Source: Alphaproteobacteria bacterium (GTDB lineage Bacteria > Pseudomonadota > Alphaproteobacteria > UBA9219 > RFNS01). From it: DNA of 64,000 nucleotides. Shown piece after piece: positions 10,029-19,175 of this stretch. The notes under the pieces were generated by a model. It was not told the origin of the DNA. It searched no databases and worked only from the letters and a program-made list of their open reading frames with translations. How positions within the stretch are numbered: position 1 is the first letter of the stretch; the number at the start of each line of letters is the position of its first letter. The DNA lies in contig JBBCGY010000001.1 in NCBI GenBank assembly GCA_037200005.1, positions 1,443,103-1,507,102 of the forward strand, given 5' to 3'. The position numbers were made by a program, and so were the translations under genes.

Positions 10029-10781
10029 ATGGCCGGTCATTCTCAATTCAAGAATATCATGCACCGCAAGGGACGGCAGGATGCCGCGCGCGGCAAGATG
10101 TTCAACAAGATCGCGCGCGAGATCACCGTGTCATGCAAGACCGGCGCGCCCGATCCCGCCGCCAATCCCCGCCTGCGCGCCGCGATCCAGGAGGCGCGCG
10201 CCAACAACATGCCGCGCGAGCGCATCGAGCGCGCCATGAAGGCCGCCATGCCGGGCGCGGACGACGGAAAAATATACGAGGAAGTGCGCTATGAAGGCTA
10301 CGGCCCCGGCGGCATCGCGCTGATCGTCGAAGCGCTGACCGACAACCGCAGCCGCACCGCGCCGGAATTGCGCACCGCCTTTTCCAAGCATGGCGGGGCT
10401 TTAGGCGAAACCAACTCGGTCAGCTTCATGTTCAGCCGGTGCGGCCAGATCGTCTATCCGGCCAAAGCCGCGAGCGCCGACGCGATGCTCGAAGCCGTGA
10501 TCGAAGCGGGCGGCGAGAATGTCGAATCCTCCGCCGACGAGCATGAGATCACCACCAATGTCGAGGATTTCGCCGCGGTGCGCGATGCGCTGGAAAAAAG
10601 CTTCGGCGAGCCGCAAAGCGCCAAGCTGACCTGGAAGCCGATCAATCTCGTGCCCGCCACCGGTGATAACGCCGCGAGCCTGCTCAAGCTGCTCGAAGTT
10701 CTGGAAGACAATGACGACGTGCAAAACGTCTTCGGCAATTTTGATATCGCCGCCGAGGAGATGGAAAAGCTGGCGGGATAA
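10029..10781 (+). CDS. yebC: YebC/PmpR-family DNA-binding transcriptional regulator
   Basis: [32 protein letters not shown]... is the canonical YebC N-terminus. Confidence 0.95.
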   Translation: MAGHSQFKNIMHRKGRQDAARGKMFNKIAREITVSCKTGAPDPAANPRLRAAIQEARANNMPRERIERAMKAAMPGADDGKIYEEVRYEGYGPGGIALIVEALTDNRSRTAPELRTAFSKHGGALGETNSVSFMFSRCGQIVYPAKAASADAMLEAVIEAGGENVESSADEHEITTNVEDFAAVRDALEKSFGEPQSAKLTWKPINLVPATGDNAASLLKLLEVLEDNDDVQNVFGNFDIAAEEMEKLAG

Positions 10782-10805
10782 GGTCCAGGCTTGTGAGCCT
10801 GGACC
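10782..10805. terminator. Perfect 9-bp hairpin between convergent genes
   Basis: GGTCCAGGC-ttgtga-GCCTGGACC directly after the yebC stop and 11 nt from the stop of the convergent DUF4142 gene. No clear U-run. Confidence 0.45.
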
Positions 10806-10815
10806 TCCCGACCGG

Positions 10816-11349
10816 TCATGACGGCTTGAGATTTTTGACATCCATGTGATGCTTCTTGATGGTTTCCAAAGTCTCTTTCGCAAACGTCTTGAGATTGGAA
10901 TCGGAGCCGTTCTCCGCGTAATTCTCGAACAGATGTACGGCCTTCTTATGGGCCTTGGTCTGCATCTCGATATAGCGGCGGTCGAAATCGGCGCCTGATA
11001 ATTTGCCAAGCTCATCAAGCATTTCCTGCTGCTTGTTATCCATCACGCCCGTGACGGTGGAAGACTCGCTGCTTTTCTCCTTCGGCATCACCATCTTCAA
11101 TTTAGTCTCCGCGGCGGCATGATCGTCGATCATGCGCTGGGCGAATTGCTTGACGGAGTCCGTCTGCGACTTCTCCAGGGCCAGCTTGCTTGACGCCACC
11201 TCGAATTGATTGCCCGCCGAAGCGCGCATGATGAAGTTCTGCGTCGAGACGGGCTTTCTCATCCCTTCTTTCTTGTTGGCCCAGGCCGGCGAGCAGATGA
11301 AGACCAAGGCCAGCATGATCGTCAGCAATGACGGAAATGATCGTTTCAT
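10816..11349 (-). CDS. DUF4142-like secreted/periplasmic protein
   Basis: N-terminal signal peptide (MKRSFPSLLTIMLALVFICSPAWA). FIMRASAGNQFEVASSKLALEKS...FAQRMIDDH...TKAHKKAV resembles the DUF4142 four-helix repeat. Confidence 0.75.
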   Translation of the reverse strand: MKRSFPSLLTIMLALVFICSPAWANKKEGMRKPVSTQNFIMRASAGNQFEVASSKLALEKSQTDSVKQFAQRMIDDHAAAETKLKMVMPKEKSSESSTVTGVMDNKQQEMLDELGKLSGADFDRRYIEMQTKAHKKAVHLFENYAENGSDSNLKTFAKETLETIKKHHMDVKNLKPS

Positions 11350-11476
11350 GAGATTCTCCTCGTGACATTCTGATGAATGATGATGGGGAAATAAAGCCGC
11401 GCGGCGTCGAATTCCCCTCTCTCTAGGGAGAGGGGAAAACCGACATCAAGCGGGCCGGACTACGACTAATCTGCGA

Positions 11477-11680
11477 TTAATCGTTATCATCGGTTCCCTG
11501 GCTCTCCTCGCTGCGCGAACGAGGAGAATGAGGACGCATTCCGCCTTTCGTCCCCTGACCGCCTTCCGAAGAATGTCCGCGACGCGAAGAGCGCGTGTCG
11601 TTGTCGTCATTGCTTGCGAAACGGCCCTCTTCATCCCGCTGCGGGCGCTGCTGCTGTTGTGCATGGGAACGCTTATTCAT
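11477..11680 (-). CDS. Small (67 aa) highly hydrophilic protein, possibly stress-associated
   Basis: MNKRSHAQQQQRPQRDEEGRFASNDDNDTRSSRRGHSSEGGQGTKGG... ATG at 11680 is preceded by GGAGGA at 6-11 nt. It is the C-terminal part of the longer, implausible ORF 11477-12067. Confidence 0.55.
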   Translation of the reverse strand: MNKRSHAQQQQRPQRDEEGRFASNDDNDTRSSRRGHSSEGGQGTKGGMRPHSPRSRSEESQGTDDND

Positions 11681-12008
11681 TGACTCCTCCTGCTTTTCGA
11701 TCTGGTGATGGTGACAGCCATCCTGCATGGAGGATCGCCGCCACCGACACACTAGGCCCCATGGAAATAAAAACCCCATTTGGTTTGAATTGATTCCGCG
11801 CAATGAATCCGCATCGCCGGCGTGACGAAAACGCGTCCGAAAATCCGACCATTCTTTTATAAAAAACGGCATTCTCCGCTTTTTTCCTTTAGGCAAAAGG
11901 CCATAGGTTTTCGACCCCGCACGCGCCATGATAGAAAAGGGAGACAGCCATGACATATGATAGCTTGCAGGAATGCATCCTGGCGGGACAAGGCGCCAGA
12001 CGCCGCGA

Positions 12009-12884
12009 TTATTTCTGCATTTCGTACGGTTTGACAGGACGGTAGAAGCTGCCGGGATAGGTTTCATACTTATCGATCAGGCCGCCTATATAGCCGCTAT
12101 TGGTCAATTCATCCTGCGCGGCATTAAGCATCGCTTTGAATTTCTCCGCGCCTTGAGGAATCAGGAAAGTCGTCGGAAACACCTTGATCGGATGATCCTT
12201 CGTCACGCTGGCGACCGCGCCGGGATTTTTGGAAAGAAATTCAAGCCCGATATAGTTCTGCTCGAAGGTGATGTCGGCCTTCCCGGCCGCGACGGCCATG
12301 AAAACCTCCGGGATCGACGAGGTATCGGGAAGGGATAATTTCTGAGCGGCGGGAAATTTCGCGCGGGCGATGATGTCCGAGATATGGCCGTCTATCGTGG
12401 CGATCTTGACTGTGCTCCAGTCGATCTCCGACAAACCCTTCTCGAAACGCGCGTCGCCGGGACGCGCCCAGGCATGAACGCCCGCGTAAGAGAGCGGCTT
12501 GAGAAAATCAGCCTTCAGGCTTCTGCTCGTCGTCGACCAGATCGCCGAACACAGCATGTCGTAGCGTTGCGTGGAGAGTCCTTCGAGCATCGTCGACCAG
12601 CCGGCTTCTTCCGCCCATTCGATTTTCAGGCTGAGATTTTCCGCCATTTTCTCAATGGCGTCATGCGCGATACCGGACAGCGCGCCGGTATTCGCATCCT
12701 TGAAGAGAAACGGATGGGTCACGACATAGCCGCATTTGATCGTCCGCGCGCGCATCACACGGTCGAAGACATCGTCTTCCTTTTTCACGATGGGCTGCTG
12801 CGGCGGAGGGGCTGAAAACCGCGCGGTCGCATAACTTGCGGCAACTGCGCAGATCAAAATAAGAGCGAACTGCACAGGCTTCAT
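12009..12884 (-). CDS. Periplasmic solute-binding protein (family 3, amino-acid ABC-type)
   Basis: N-terminal signal anchor, then TIKCGYVVTHPFLFKD...GIAHDAIEKMAENLSLKIEW...YDMLCSAIW, typical of SBP_bac_3 proteins. Confidence 0.75.
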   Translation of the reverse strand: MKPVQFALILICAVAASYATARFSAPPPQQPIVKKEDDVFDRVMRARTIKCGYVVTHPFLFKDANTGALSGIAHDAIEKMAENLSLKIEWAEEAGWSTMLEGLSTQRYDMLCSAIWSTTSRSLKADFLKPLSYAGVHAWARPGDARFEKGLSEIDWSTVKIATIDGHISDIIARAKFPAAQKLSLPDTSSIPEVFMAVAAGKADITFEQNYIGLEFLSKNPGAVASVTKDHPIKVFPTTFLIPQGAEKFKAMLNAAQDELTNSGYIGGLIDKYETYPGSFYRPVKPYEMQK

Positions 12885-12894
12885 GAGAAGCCCC

Positions 12895-13353
12895 TTACGC
12901 CAGCCCGCCGTAATTGATCATCGAAGTCCAGAAGCGTTCCAGCTTCTTCATGACCTCGTTGCCCTTGGTGATTTCTTCCGCCGTCAGGCCCGCGCCGGCG
13001 ATGGCGGCGACATGCTTCTCGAAATGCGCGCTCAATTGCTTGTGCAGCGTAAGGCCCTTTTCCGGCAGCTTCACGCGCGACGAGCGACGGTCGTGCGGCG
13101 AAGGCTCCTGCACCAGATAGCCGTTCTCGACCATTTTCTTGACGTTGTAGGACACGTTCGATCCCAGATAGAAGCCGCGCGCGGTCAATTCGCCGACCGA
13201 CATTTCATCGGTGCCGACATTATAGAGAATGAGCGCCTGGATGTTGTTGATGTCCTGCACCCCGAGCCGGTCAAGCTCCAGCTTCACGACTTCGAGGAAA
13301 TGGCGATGCACACGCTCGACGAGCAACAGGCTTTCATAATAGGGATGGCGCAC
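12895..13353 (-). CDS. MarR-family transcriptional regulator
   Basis: Winged-helix core: MSVGELTARGFYLGSNVSYNVKKMVENGYLVQEPSPHDRRSSRVKLPEKG. Confidence 0.85.
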   Translation of the reverse strand: MRHPYYESLLLVERVHRHFLEVVKLELDRLGVQDINNIQALILYNVGTDEMSVGELTARGFYLGSNVSYNVKKMVENGYLVQEPSPHDRRSSRVKLPEKGLTLHKQLSAHFEKHVAAIAGAGLTAEEITKGNEVMKKLERFWTSMINYGGLA

Positions 13354-13385
13354 GGCGAAACCTTTTGGCAGTGGATGTGACGTAT

Positions 13386-13625
13386 TTACGACCTAAGCTG
13401 CTGCGCCCGCCGCAACAACTCGAAAAACGGATTGGGGCGTCGGGCGATTTCTATCCTGATTTCCATCGGGTCGCGCTTGGGTATCGTAATTTCGGAAACG
13501 GCTTGCGCGCCTTTATTGGCAGAACCAGGTTGAACGTCCTTGGTTTCCGGCTGGCCCATCCTTCTCTCCATGGCGGCAATACATGTCTCCCGGGAATCTA
13601 TCATGATTTCATTAAGAAAAATCAA
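13386..13625 (-). CDS. Hypothetical small protein (weak call)
   Basis: 79-aa ORF ending 32 nt upstream of the MarR start. No recognisable motif. Confidence 0.25.
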   Translation of the reverse strand: MIFLNEIMIDSRETCIAAMERRMGQPETKDVQPGSANKGAQAVSEITIPKRDPMEIRIEIARRPNPFFELLRRAQQLRS

Positions 13626-13691
13626 GCCATTATTGATTATGCGAATACTTAGTTTGAATTATAGAGTCATTCCCGCAACCTGCCAGGCAGA

Positions 13692-13747
13692 CATTCCGGC
13701 ACAGGCTGGAATTCAGAACTTTCATGCATGGCAGCGCGGAAATAAAG
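13692..13747. repeat. Copy of a hairpin-plus-tail intergenic repeat (second copy at 51263-51319)
   Basis: CATTCCGGCACAGGCTGGAATTCAGAACTTTCATGCATGGCAGCGCGGAAATAAAG aligns at about 80% with CATTCCCGCGCAGGCGGGAATCCAGTACCTTTACGCGCGGCAGCGCGGAAAATAATG. Confidence 0.7.
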
Positions 13748-13923
13748 ACTCAGGTCGCCACAGACATGGCTTCAGGCATTGAGTTGCGGCCTATGCCGGA
13801 ATGATATTTCCTCGTTTCATCAGGATCATTCCGCCCACACAACATTTAGTATCATTTCTGCAACTGCCAGCTAAGTCTAGGAAGCAACACATTTTTTTGT
13901 CGTTCGCTGACGCTATTTGCTTG

Positions 13924-13990
13924 TATCCCATATTATCCCATGGTATCCCATTTATACCCAATTTATGGGCATCAAGCCCATGAATTCCCA
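13924..13990. promoter_or_regulatory. Phased CCCA/TGGG repeat array, candidate MraZ operator
   Basis: TATCCCA at 13924, 13934 and 13944. CCCA also ends at 13960, 13980 and 13990, and an inverted TGGG lies at 13966-13969. All sit on an exact 10-bp register, 60-125 bp upstream of the mraZ start. Confidence 0.55.
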
Positions 13991-14050
13991 TTAAGGCCCC
14001 GTCAAACGCAGCGTCGCTTCTAATTTATTGAAATACCGGAGATTTTCTAA

Positions 14051-14530
14051 GTGGCAGTCTTTCTGTCCAGCTTCGTCAACCGCCTCGACAAAAAGGGCCG
14101 CGTCTCCGTGCCTGCCTCTTTCCGCACCGCGCTGGGCATAGAGGCGAGCGGGATCATGGTATTCCATGCGCTGCATCATGACGCGCTCGACGCCTGCTCG
14201 CCCGCGCATCTGGAGCTTTTGAGCCACAGTCTTGAGACGCTCGATCTTGCGCCGGACGTCTATGAATTGATCGAGACGACGATTTTCGGCGGCGCGCAGC
14301 ATCTGCCTTTCGACAGCGAGGGACGCATCGGCCTGCCGGACGACCTCGCGGCGAGCGTCGGCATCAAGGATCAGATCGCTTTCGTCGGACGGCGCAAAAC
14401 CTTTCAGCTTTGGGAGCCAGGCAAATTCACGGCGCATGAAACCGCCATGCGTTCCGCCGCCAAGGCGCGCGATATTTCGCTGAGCAAGATTATCGCGCAA
14501 GCAGCGGCCAAAAGCGGAGAGGCGTCATGA
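14051..14530 (+). CDS. mraZ: Transcriptional regulator MraZ
   Basis: GTG start. VFLSSFVNRLDKKGRVSVPASFR and a second SpoVT/AbrB-like repeat (DSEGRIGLPDDL). Confidence 0.95.
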   Translation: MAVFLSSFVNRLDKKGRVSVPASFRTALGIEASGIMVFHALHHDALDACSPAHLELLSHSLETLDLAPDVYELIETTIFGGAQHLPFDSEGRIGLPDDLAASVGIKDQIAFVGRRKTFQLWEPGKFTAHETAMRSAAKARDISLSKIIAQAAAKSGEAS

Positions 14531-15465
14531 CGGCGGCGGCGCATCTTCCGGTCATGCGCGACGAGGTGATCCATTATCTCGCGCCCCGCTCCGGCGGCAT
14601 CTATGTCGACGGCACGTTCGGGCGCGGCGGCTATGCCAAAGCGATCCTGGAGCGCGAACCCGCGCGCCTGTTCGCGTTCGACCGCGACCGTTCGGCCATC
14701 GACGCCGGCGCGCCGCTGGCGCGGGAATATCCGGCGCTGACATTAATTCACGGAAAATTCGGCGCGATGGAAGAACTTCTGGCCGCGCGCGGCGTCAGCG
14801 AGGTGGACGGCATCGCGCTCGATCTCGGCGTTTCCTCGCCGCAGATCGACGAAGCGGATCGCGGCTTTTCCTTCCGCGAAGACGGGCCGCTCGACATGCG
14901 GATGGACCAGGCCGCACCCTTCACCGCCGCCGACCTCGTGAACGGCACCGAAGAAACCGAGCTTGCGCATATCATCTTCACCTATGGCGACGAGCGCTAT
15001 TCGCGCCGGATCGCCAGAGCCATCGTCGCGGCGCGCGCGGCCGCGCCGATCATGCGCACCTCGCAGCTGGCGGAAATCGTGCGGCGGCTCGTGCCGCGCA
15101 GCAAGGACGGCATCGATCCCGCCACGCGCACGTTCCAGGCGCTGCGCATCGCCGTCAATGACGAGTTGGGCGAATTGCGCTCCGGGCTGCAAGCGGCGGA
15201 AAACCTGCTGCGCCCGAAAGGCCGTTTGGCCGTCGTCTCTTTCCACGCGCTCGAAGACCGCATCGTCAAGGAATTCATCCGCGGCCGCTCCGGCAGAACC
15301 GGCAAAGGCTCGCGCCACCTGCCCGCGAGCGAAGAGCCCGTTGCCGCCTTCAAGGAGCTCACGCGCAAACCGGCCGCGCCAAGCGCCGCCGAAATCGCCG
15401 CCAATCCGCGCGCGCGCTCCGCGCGGCTGCGGGCGGCGGAAAAACTGGATGGAGAAGCGGCATGA
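14527..15465 (+). CDS. rsmH: 16S rRNA (cytosine1402-N4)-methyltransferase
   Basis: HLPVMRDEV...YVDGTFGRGGYA...DLGVSSPQID...SFHALEDRIVK. Confidence 0.95.
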   Translation: MTAAAHLPVMRDEVIHYLAPRSGGIYVDGTFGRGGYAKAILEREPARLFAFDRDRSAIDAGAPLAREYPALTLIHGKFGAMEELLAARGVSEVDGIALDLGVSSPQIDEADRGFSFREDGPLDMRMDQAAPFTAADLVNGTEETELAHIIFTYGDERYSRRIARAIVAARAAAPIMRTSQLAEIVRRLVPRSKDGIDPATRTFQALRIAVNDELGELRSGLQAAENLLRPKGRLAVVSFHALEDRIVKEFIRGRSGRTGKGSRHLPASEEPVAAFKELTRKPAAPSAAEIAANPRARSARLRAAEKLDGEAA

Positions 15466-15839
15466 GGGTGATGCGCTCGACCAACTGGCTATGGATCATG
15501 CTGCTGCTCGGCGCCAGCGCGCTGCTCTATCACACCAGCTATCAGGTGCAGGAATTGCAGCACCGGATCAGCAAGATCGAAGTGGAGCGCGCCGCCGAGC
15601 TTGAAAATATTCGCGTGCTGGAGGCGGAATGGGCCTATCTCGCCGCGCCCGAACGGCTGCAGCGGCTGGCGGCGAAATACTTGCCGCTTAAACCCGTCAC
15701 CACGGCTCAAATCATCGGACCGCAGGCAATTGAAGCCGCGCTGCCCCGGCACGAAACCGAAATCGCCGATGCCGCTTCCTCTCCAGCGTCGGCGCTTAGC
15801 TCCGGAAAGCGTCTTCTCGCCGCCGCGGGTGATCGCTGA
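15462..15839 (+). CDS. ftsL: Cell division protein FtsL (alphaproteobacterial type)
   Basis: Single N-terminal TM followed by a coiled-coil (YQVQELQHRISKIEVERAAELENIRVLEAEWAYL). Position between rsmH and ftsI. ATGA overlaps on both sides. Confidence 0.85.
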   Translation: MRVMRSTNWLWIMLLLGASALLYHTSYQVQELQHRISKIEVERAAELENIRVLEAEWAYLAAPERLQRLAAKYLPLKPVTTAQIIGPQAIEAALPRHETEIADAASSPASALSSGKRLLAAAGDR

Positions 15840-17653
15840 TGAACGGCCCGAAAAGGCGGCCTGGCAACCTTTTCGCGCAGCAGCTGCCGCTGCCGGGGAT
15901 CAATCGCCCCGGCACGCAGCGCCGCGTTCTGGCCACGCCCGCCGAACAAGCCATCGAATGCGCCCGCACGCGGCTCATCTTCATTTCGCTGCTTTTCGTC
16001 GCCGCCTTTCTCGTCGTCGGCGTGCGGCTTACGGACCTGGCCCTGTTCAGCGACAATGGCGATACCGTTTCGGAGCATAAGGCCGCGACCGCCATGGGAC
16101 GCGCCGACATCGTCGACCGCAACGGCGCCATTCTCGCCGTGTCGCTTCCCACCATCAGCGCCTGCGCCCAGGTCGCCGCCATCAAAGACCCGGAAGCGAC
16201 CGCCGCGGCGATCAATAAAATCCTGCCCGATATCGACCGTAAAAAACTCGCGAATGATTTTCGCGTGCGCAAGGGCTGCGTCGCCGTCCACCGCCATCTG
16301 ACCCCGAAGCAATATTACGCCCTCAACAAGCTCGGCATCGCCGGCGTGGAATTCACCCGCGACGAGCGCCGGGCCTATCCGCAGGCCGCGCTTACCGCGC
16401 ATGTCATCGGCACCACCGACATCGATAATATCGGCACGGCGGGAATCGAAAAGAAGCTCGACGCCCGCCTGCGCCAGGACGCCGCGCCGGTGCGCCTCTC
16501 CCTCGATATCCGCGTGCAGCATATCCTGCACCGCGAACTCGCCGCCGCCATGCGCGACTTCCAGGCCATCGGCGCCGCCGGACTCATCATGGACGCGGAG
16601 TCGGGAGAAGTCGTCTCCATGGTCTCGCTGCCGGATTTCGATCCGCACGAAGCGGGGGAAGCGAGCGACGACGCGAAATTCAACCGCGCGACGCTGGGAG
16701 TCTACGAACTCGGCTCCACCTTCAAGATTTTCACGGCGGCCCAGGCGTTGGACACGGGCGAAGTCAAGCTGACGGACACTTTCGACGCCACGAACCCGAT
16801 CCATATCGGGCACCAGACCATCAGCGATTTCCATCCGGAAAAGCGTCCGCTCACGGTGCCGGAAATCATCATGCTGTCGTCGAATATCGGCGCGGCGAAG
16901 ATGGCGGAGAAAATCGGCGGCCTGCGGCAAAGATCGTTCCTGGAGCAGCTCGGCATGTTCGCGCCGGTGCCGGTGGAACTGCCGGAGACCGGCAGACCCA
17001 TCGTGCCGCGCAACTGGGGCGAAGTCACCGTCATGACGGTCGGGTTCGGCCACGGCCTCGCGGTATCTCCCTTGCAGCTGGTGCGGGCCGCGGCGACGAT
17101 CACCAATAGCGGGCATGCCATTACGCCAACATTGCTGCGCGAGGAATCTGCGCAGAAGAAACCCAAGGCTTCCGGCGTGCAACCCATCGTCACCACCGCG
17201 ACCGCCGCGAAAGTGCGCGCCCTGATGCGTCTGGTCGTCAGCAAGGGAACGGCGAAAAGCGCCAATATCGACGGATACTTAGTCGGCGGCAAGACCGGCA
17301 CCGCCGAGAAAATCGGCGTCCATGGCTATGACAAGAATGCGCGGCTGTCGTCTTTTGTCGGAATATTCCCCGCCAACGCGCCGCGCTATGTCATATTCGC
17401 CATGCTTGACGAACCCAAGGGCAACAAACAGACTTACGGCTTCTCGACAGGCGGATGGGTCGCGGCGCCCCTGGTCGGGCGGGTGATCACGGCAGCGGCG
17501 CCGCTGCTCGGGCTTATGCCCGCCGACGCGGAAAATTTCAGGGTCGCCGAACAGCAAGTCTTGAAACCGCTCGGCCCCAGGATTCTTAATGAATTGGCTT
17601 TGAACGATGACAGTGAAGACACCGCGTCTGTCGACGCTACTCAAGAAAATTGA
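15839..17653 (+). CDS. ftsI: Peptidoglycan D,D-transpeptidase FtsI (PBP3)
   Basis: STFK active site (YELGSTFKIF), SSN (LSSNIG), KTGT (GGKTGTAEK). Confidence 0.95.
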   Translation: MNGPKRRPGNLFAQQLPLPGINRPGTQRRVLATPAEQAIECARTRLIFISLLFVAAFLVVGVRLTDLALFSDNGDTVSEHKAATAMGRADIVDRNGAILAVSLPTISACAQVAAIKDPEATAAAINKILPDIDRKKLANDFRVRKGCVAVHRHLTPKQYYALNKLGIAGVEFTRDERRAYPQAALTAHVIGTTDIDNIGTAGIEKKLDARLRQDAAPVRLSLDIRVQHILHRELAAAMRDFQAIGAAGLIMDAESGEVVSMVSLPDFDPHEAGEASDDAKFNRATLGVYELGSTFKIFTAAQALDTGEVKLTDTFDATNPIHIGHQTISDFHPEKRPLTVPEIIMLSSNIGAAKMAEKIGGLRQRSFLEQLGMFAPVPVELPETGRPIVPRNWGEVTVMTVGFGHGLAVSPLQLVRAAATITNSGHAITPTLLREESAQKKPKASGVQPIVTTATAAKVRALMRLVVSKGTAKSANIDGYLVGGKTGTAEKIGVHGYDKNARLSSFVGIFPANAPRYVIFAMLDEPKGNKQTYGFSTGGWVAAPLVGRVITAAAPLLGLMPADAENFRVAEQQVLKPLGPRILNELALNDDSEDTASVDATQEN

Positions 17654-19175
17654 TCTTCCGCCCGGCGACGATCCGCTGCGCGGCTATGCCGTCGATGGCG
17701 GCGATCCGGAAATCACGGCGCTGACGTCCGACTCGCGCGAGGCCAGCCCCGGAAGCTTGTTCGCGGCATTGTCCGGCAGCAACCTGGACGGACGCAAATT
17801 CATCGCCGAGGCCATCGGCGGCGGCGCGTCGATCATCCTGACGGATCGCGATGCCGCCCTGGACAATACCGGCGGAGCCACCATCATTCGCGCCAACGAG
17901 CCGCGCTGGCTGCTGTCGCAAATCGCCGCCGCGTTTTTCACGGAGCAACCCCGGCACATCGCCGCCGTCACCGGCACCAGCGGCAAAACTTCGACCGTGC
18001 AATTCGTCCGCGAGCTTTGGACGGCCATGGGCGCGCAGGCCGCTTCCATCGGCACGCTGGGCGTCGTCGCGCCGGAATACAGCCATTACGGCAAGCTGAC
18101 GACGCCGGACCCGATCACGCTGCATAAGACGCTGGCCGATCTTGCGGCGCAGGGCGTGACTCACGCCTCGTTCGAAGCGTCCAGCCACGGTCTCGCCTTA
18201 TACCGGCTCGACGCCGTTCGCGTCGAAGCGGCGGGCTTCACCAATCTTGCGCGCGATCATCTCGATTTCCACGGCACGCGCGAAAATTACTTTGCCGCCA
18301 AGAAAAGATTGTTCGCCGAGGTCATGATCGCGAACGGCACGGCGATCCTGAACGCCGATACCGAAGAAGCCGAAGCCCTCGCCCGGATCGTTTCCGGACG
18401 CGGCGGACGGGTTCTGACTTACGGCCTCCAAGGCAAAGACCTCAAGCTGCTGCAAAGCGCGCCGGACGCGCACGGACAGAATCTCAAACTCGAGATTCTC
18501 GGAAAGCCCTATGATGCCCATCTGGAACTCGCCGGAAATTTCCAGGCCTGGAACGCGCTATGCGCGCTCGGCCTCGCCATCGGCCAGGGAGCCGATCCGG
18601 AAAAAGCCATTGCGGCGCTCGGCAAGCTCACCGGCGTGCATGGCAGGCTCGACCTTGCCGGGACGCATGAAAGCGGCGCGCCGGTTCTCGTCGATTACGC
18701 CCACAAGCCGGACGCGCTGGAAGCGGTGCTGACCGCCCTGCGCCCCCATGTCGGCGCGGACGGGCGGCTGATCGTGGTCTTCGGCTGCGGCGGCAATCGC
18801 GACGCCGGCAAAAGGCCGATCATGGGCGGCATCGCCTGCCGCCTCGCCGATATGACTATCGTCACCGACGACAATCCGCGCATGGAAGACCCGGCTGCCA
18901 TCCGCGCCGCCATTCTTGCCGGTTGCGAAACGTCGCCTTCCGTGCATGAGATCGCCGACCGCCGCGACGCGATTCGCTTCGCCGTCGGCCAGTTGCGCAC
19001 GGGAGACGTTCTGGTGATCGCGGGCAAAGGCCATGAGCCGGGACAAATCGTCCGCGATCAAGTCTTGCCCTTCGATGACGGCGAAGTCGCAAGGGAAGCT
19101 TTAGGAAATACGGGGCCGAATCTCCGCCCGCGCGCCGAGGCGCCGATTATGAAAGGCAAGGCACAGCCGCAATGA
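17607..19175 (+). CDS. murE: UDP-N-acetylmuramoyl-L-alanyl-D-glutamate--2,6-diaminopimelate ligase
   Basis: GTSGKTST P-loop, DNPR motif (VTDDNPRMEDP). Overlaps the ftsI end by 47 nt if it starts at 17607. Confidence 0.9.
   Translation: MTVKTPRLSTLLKKIDLPPGDDPLRGYAVDGGDPEITALTSDSREASPGSLFAALSGSNLDGRKFIAEAIGGGASIILTDRDAALDNTGGATIIRANEPRWLLSQIAAAFFTEQPRHIAAVTGTSGKTSTVQFVRELWTAMGAQAASIGTLGVVAPEYSHYGKLTTPDPITLHKTLADLAAQGVTHASFEASSHGLALYRLDAVRVEAAGFTNLARDHLDFHGTRENYFAAKKRLFAEVMIANGTAILNADTEEAEALARIVSGRGGRVLTYGLQGKDLKLLQSAPDAHGQNLKLEILGKPYDAHLELAGNFQAWNALCALGLAIGQGADPEKAIAALGKLTGVHGRLDLAGTHESGAPVLVDYAHKPDALEAVLTALRPHVGADGRLIVVFGCGGNRDAGKRPIMGGIACRLADMTIVTDDNPRMEDPAAIRAAILAGCETSPSVHEIADRRDAIRFAVGQLRTGDVLVIAGKGHEPGQIVRDQVLPFDDGEVAREALGNTGPNLRPRAEAPIMKGKAQPQ

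Noticed and set aside
11414-11436. The CCCCTCTC..GAGAGGGG hairpin between the small ORF and the DUF4142 gene as a terminator.
   Set aside because: No U-run follows it on the transcribed (minus) strand. Function is unclear.
11477-12067. 196-aa version of the minus-strand ORF.
   Set aside because: The N-terminal 129 aa look non-coding: odd composition and overlap with the end of the SBP gene. Only the last 67 codons have a strong SD and a coherent sequence.
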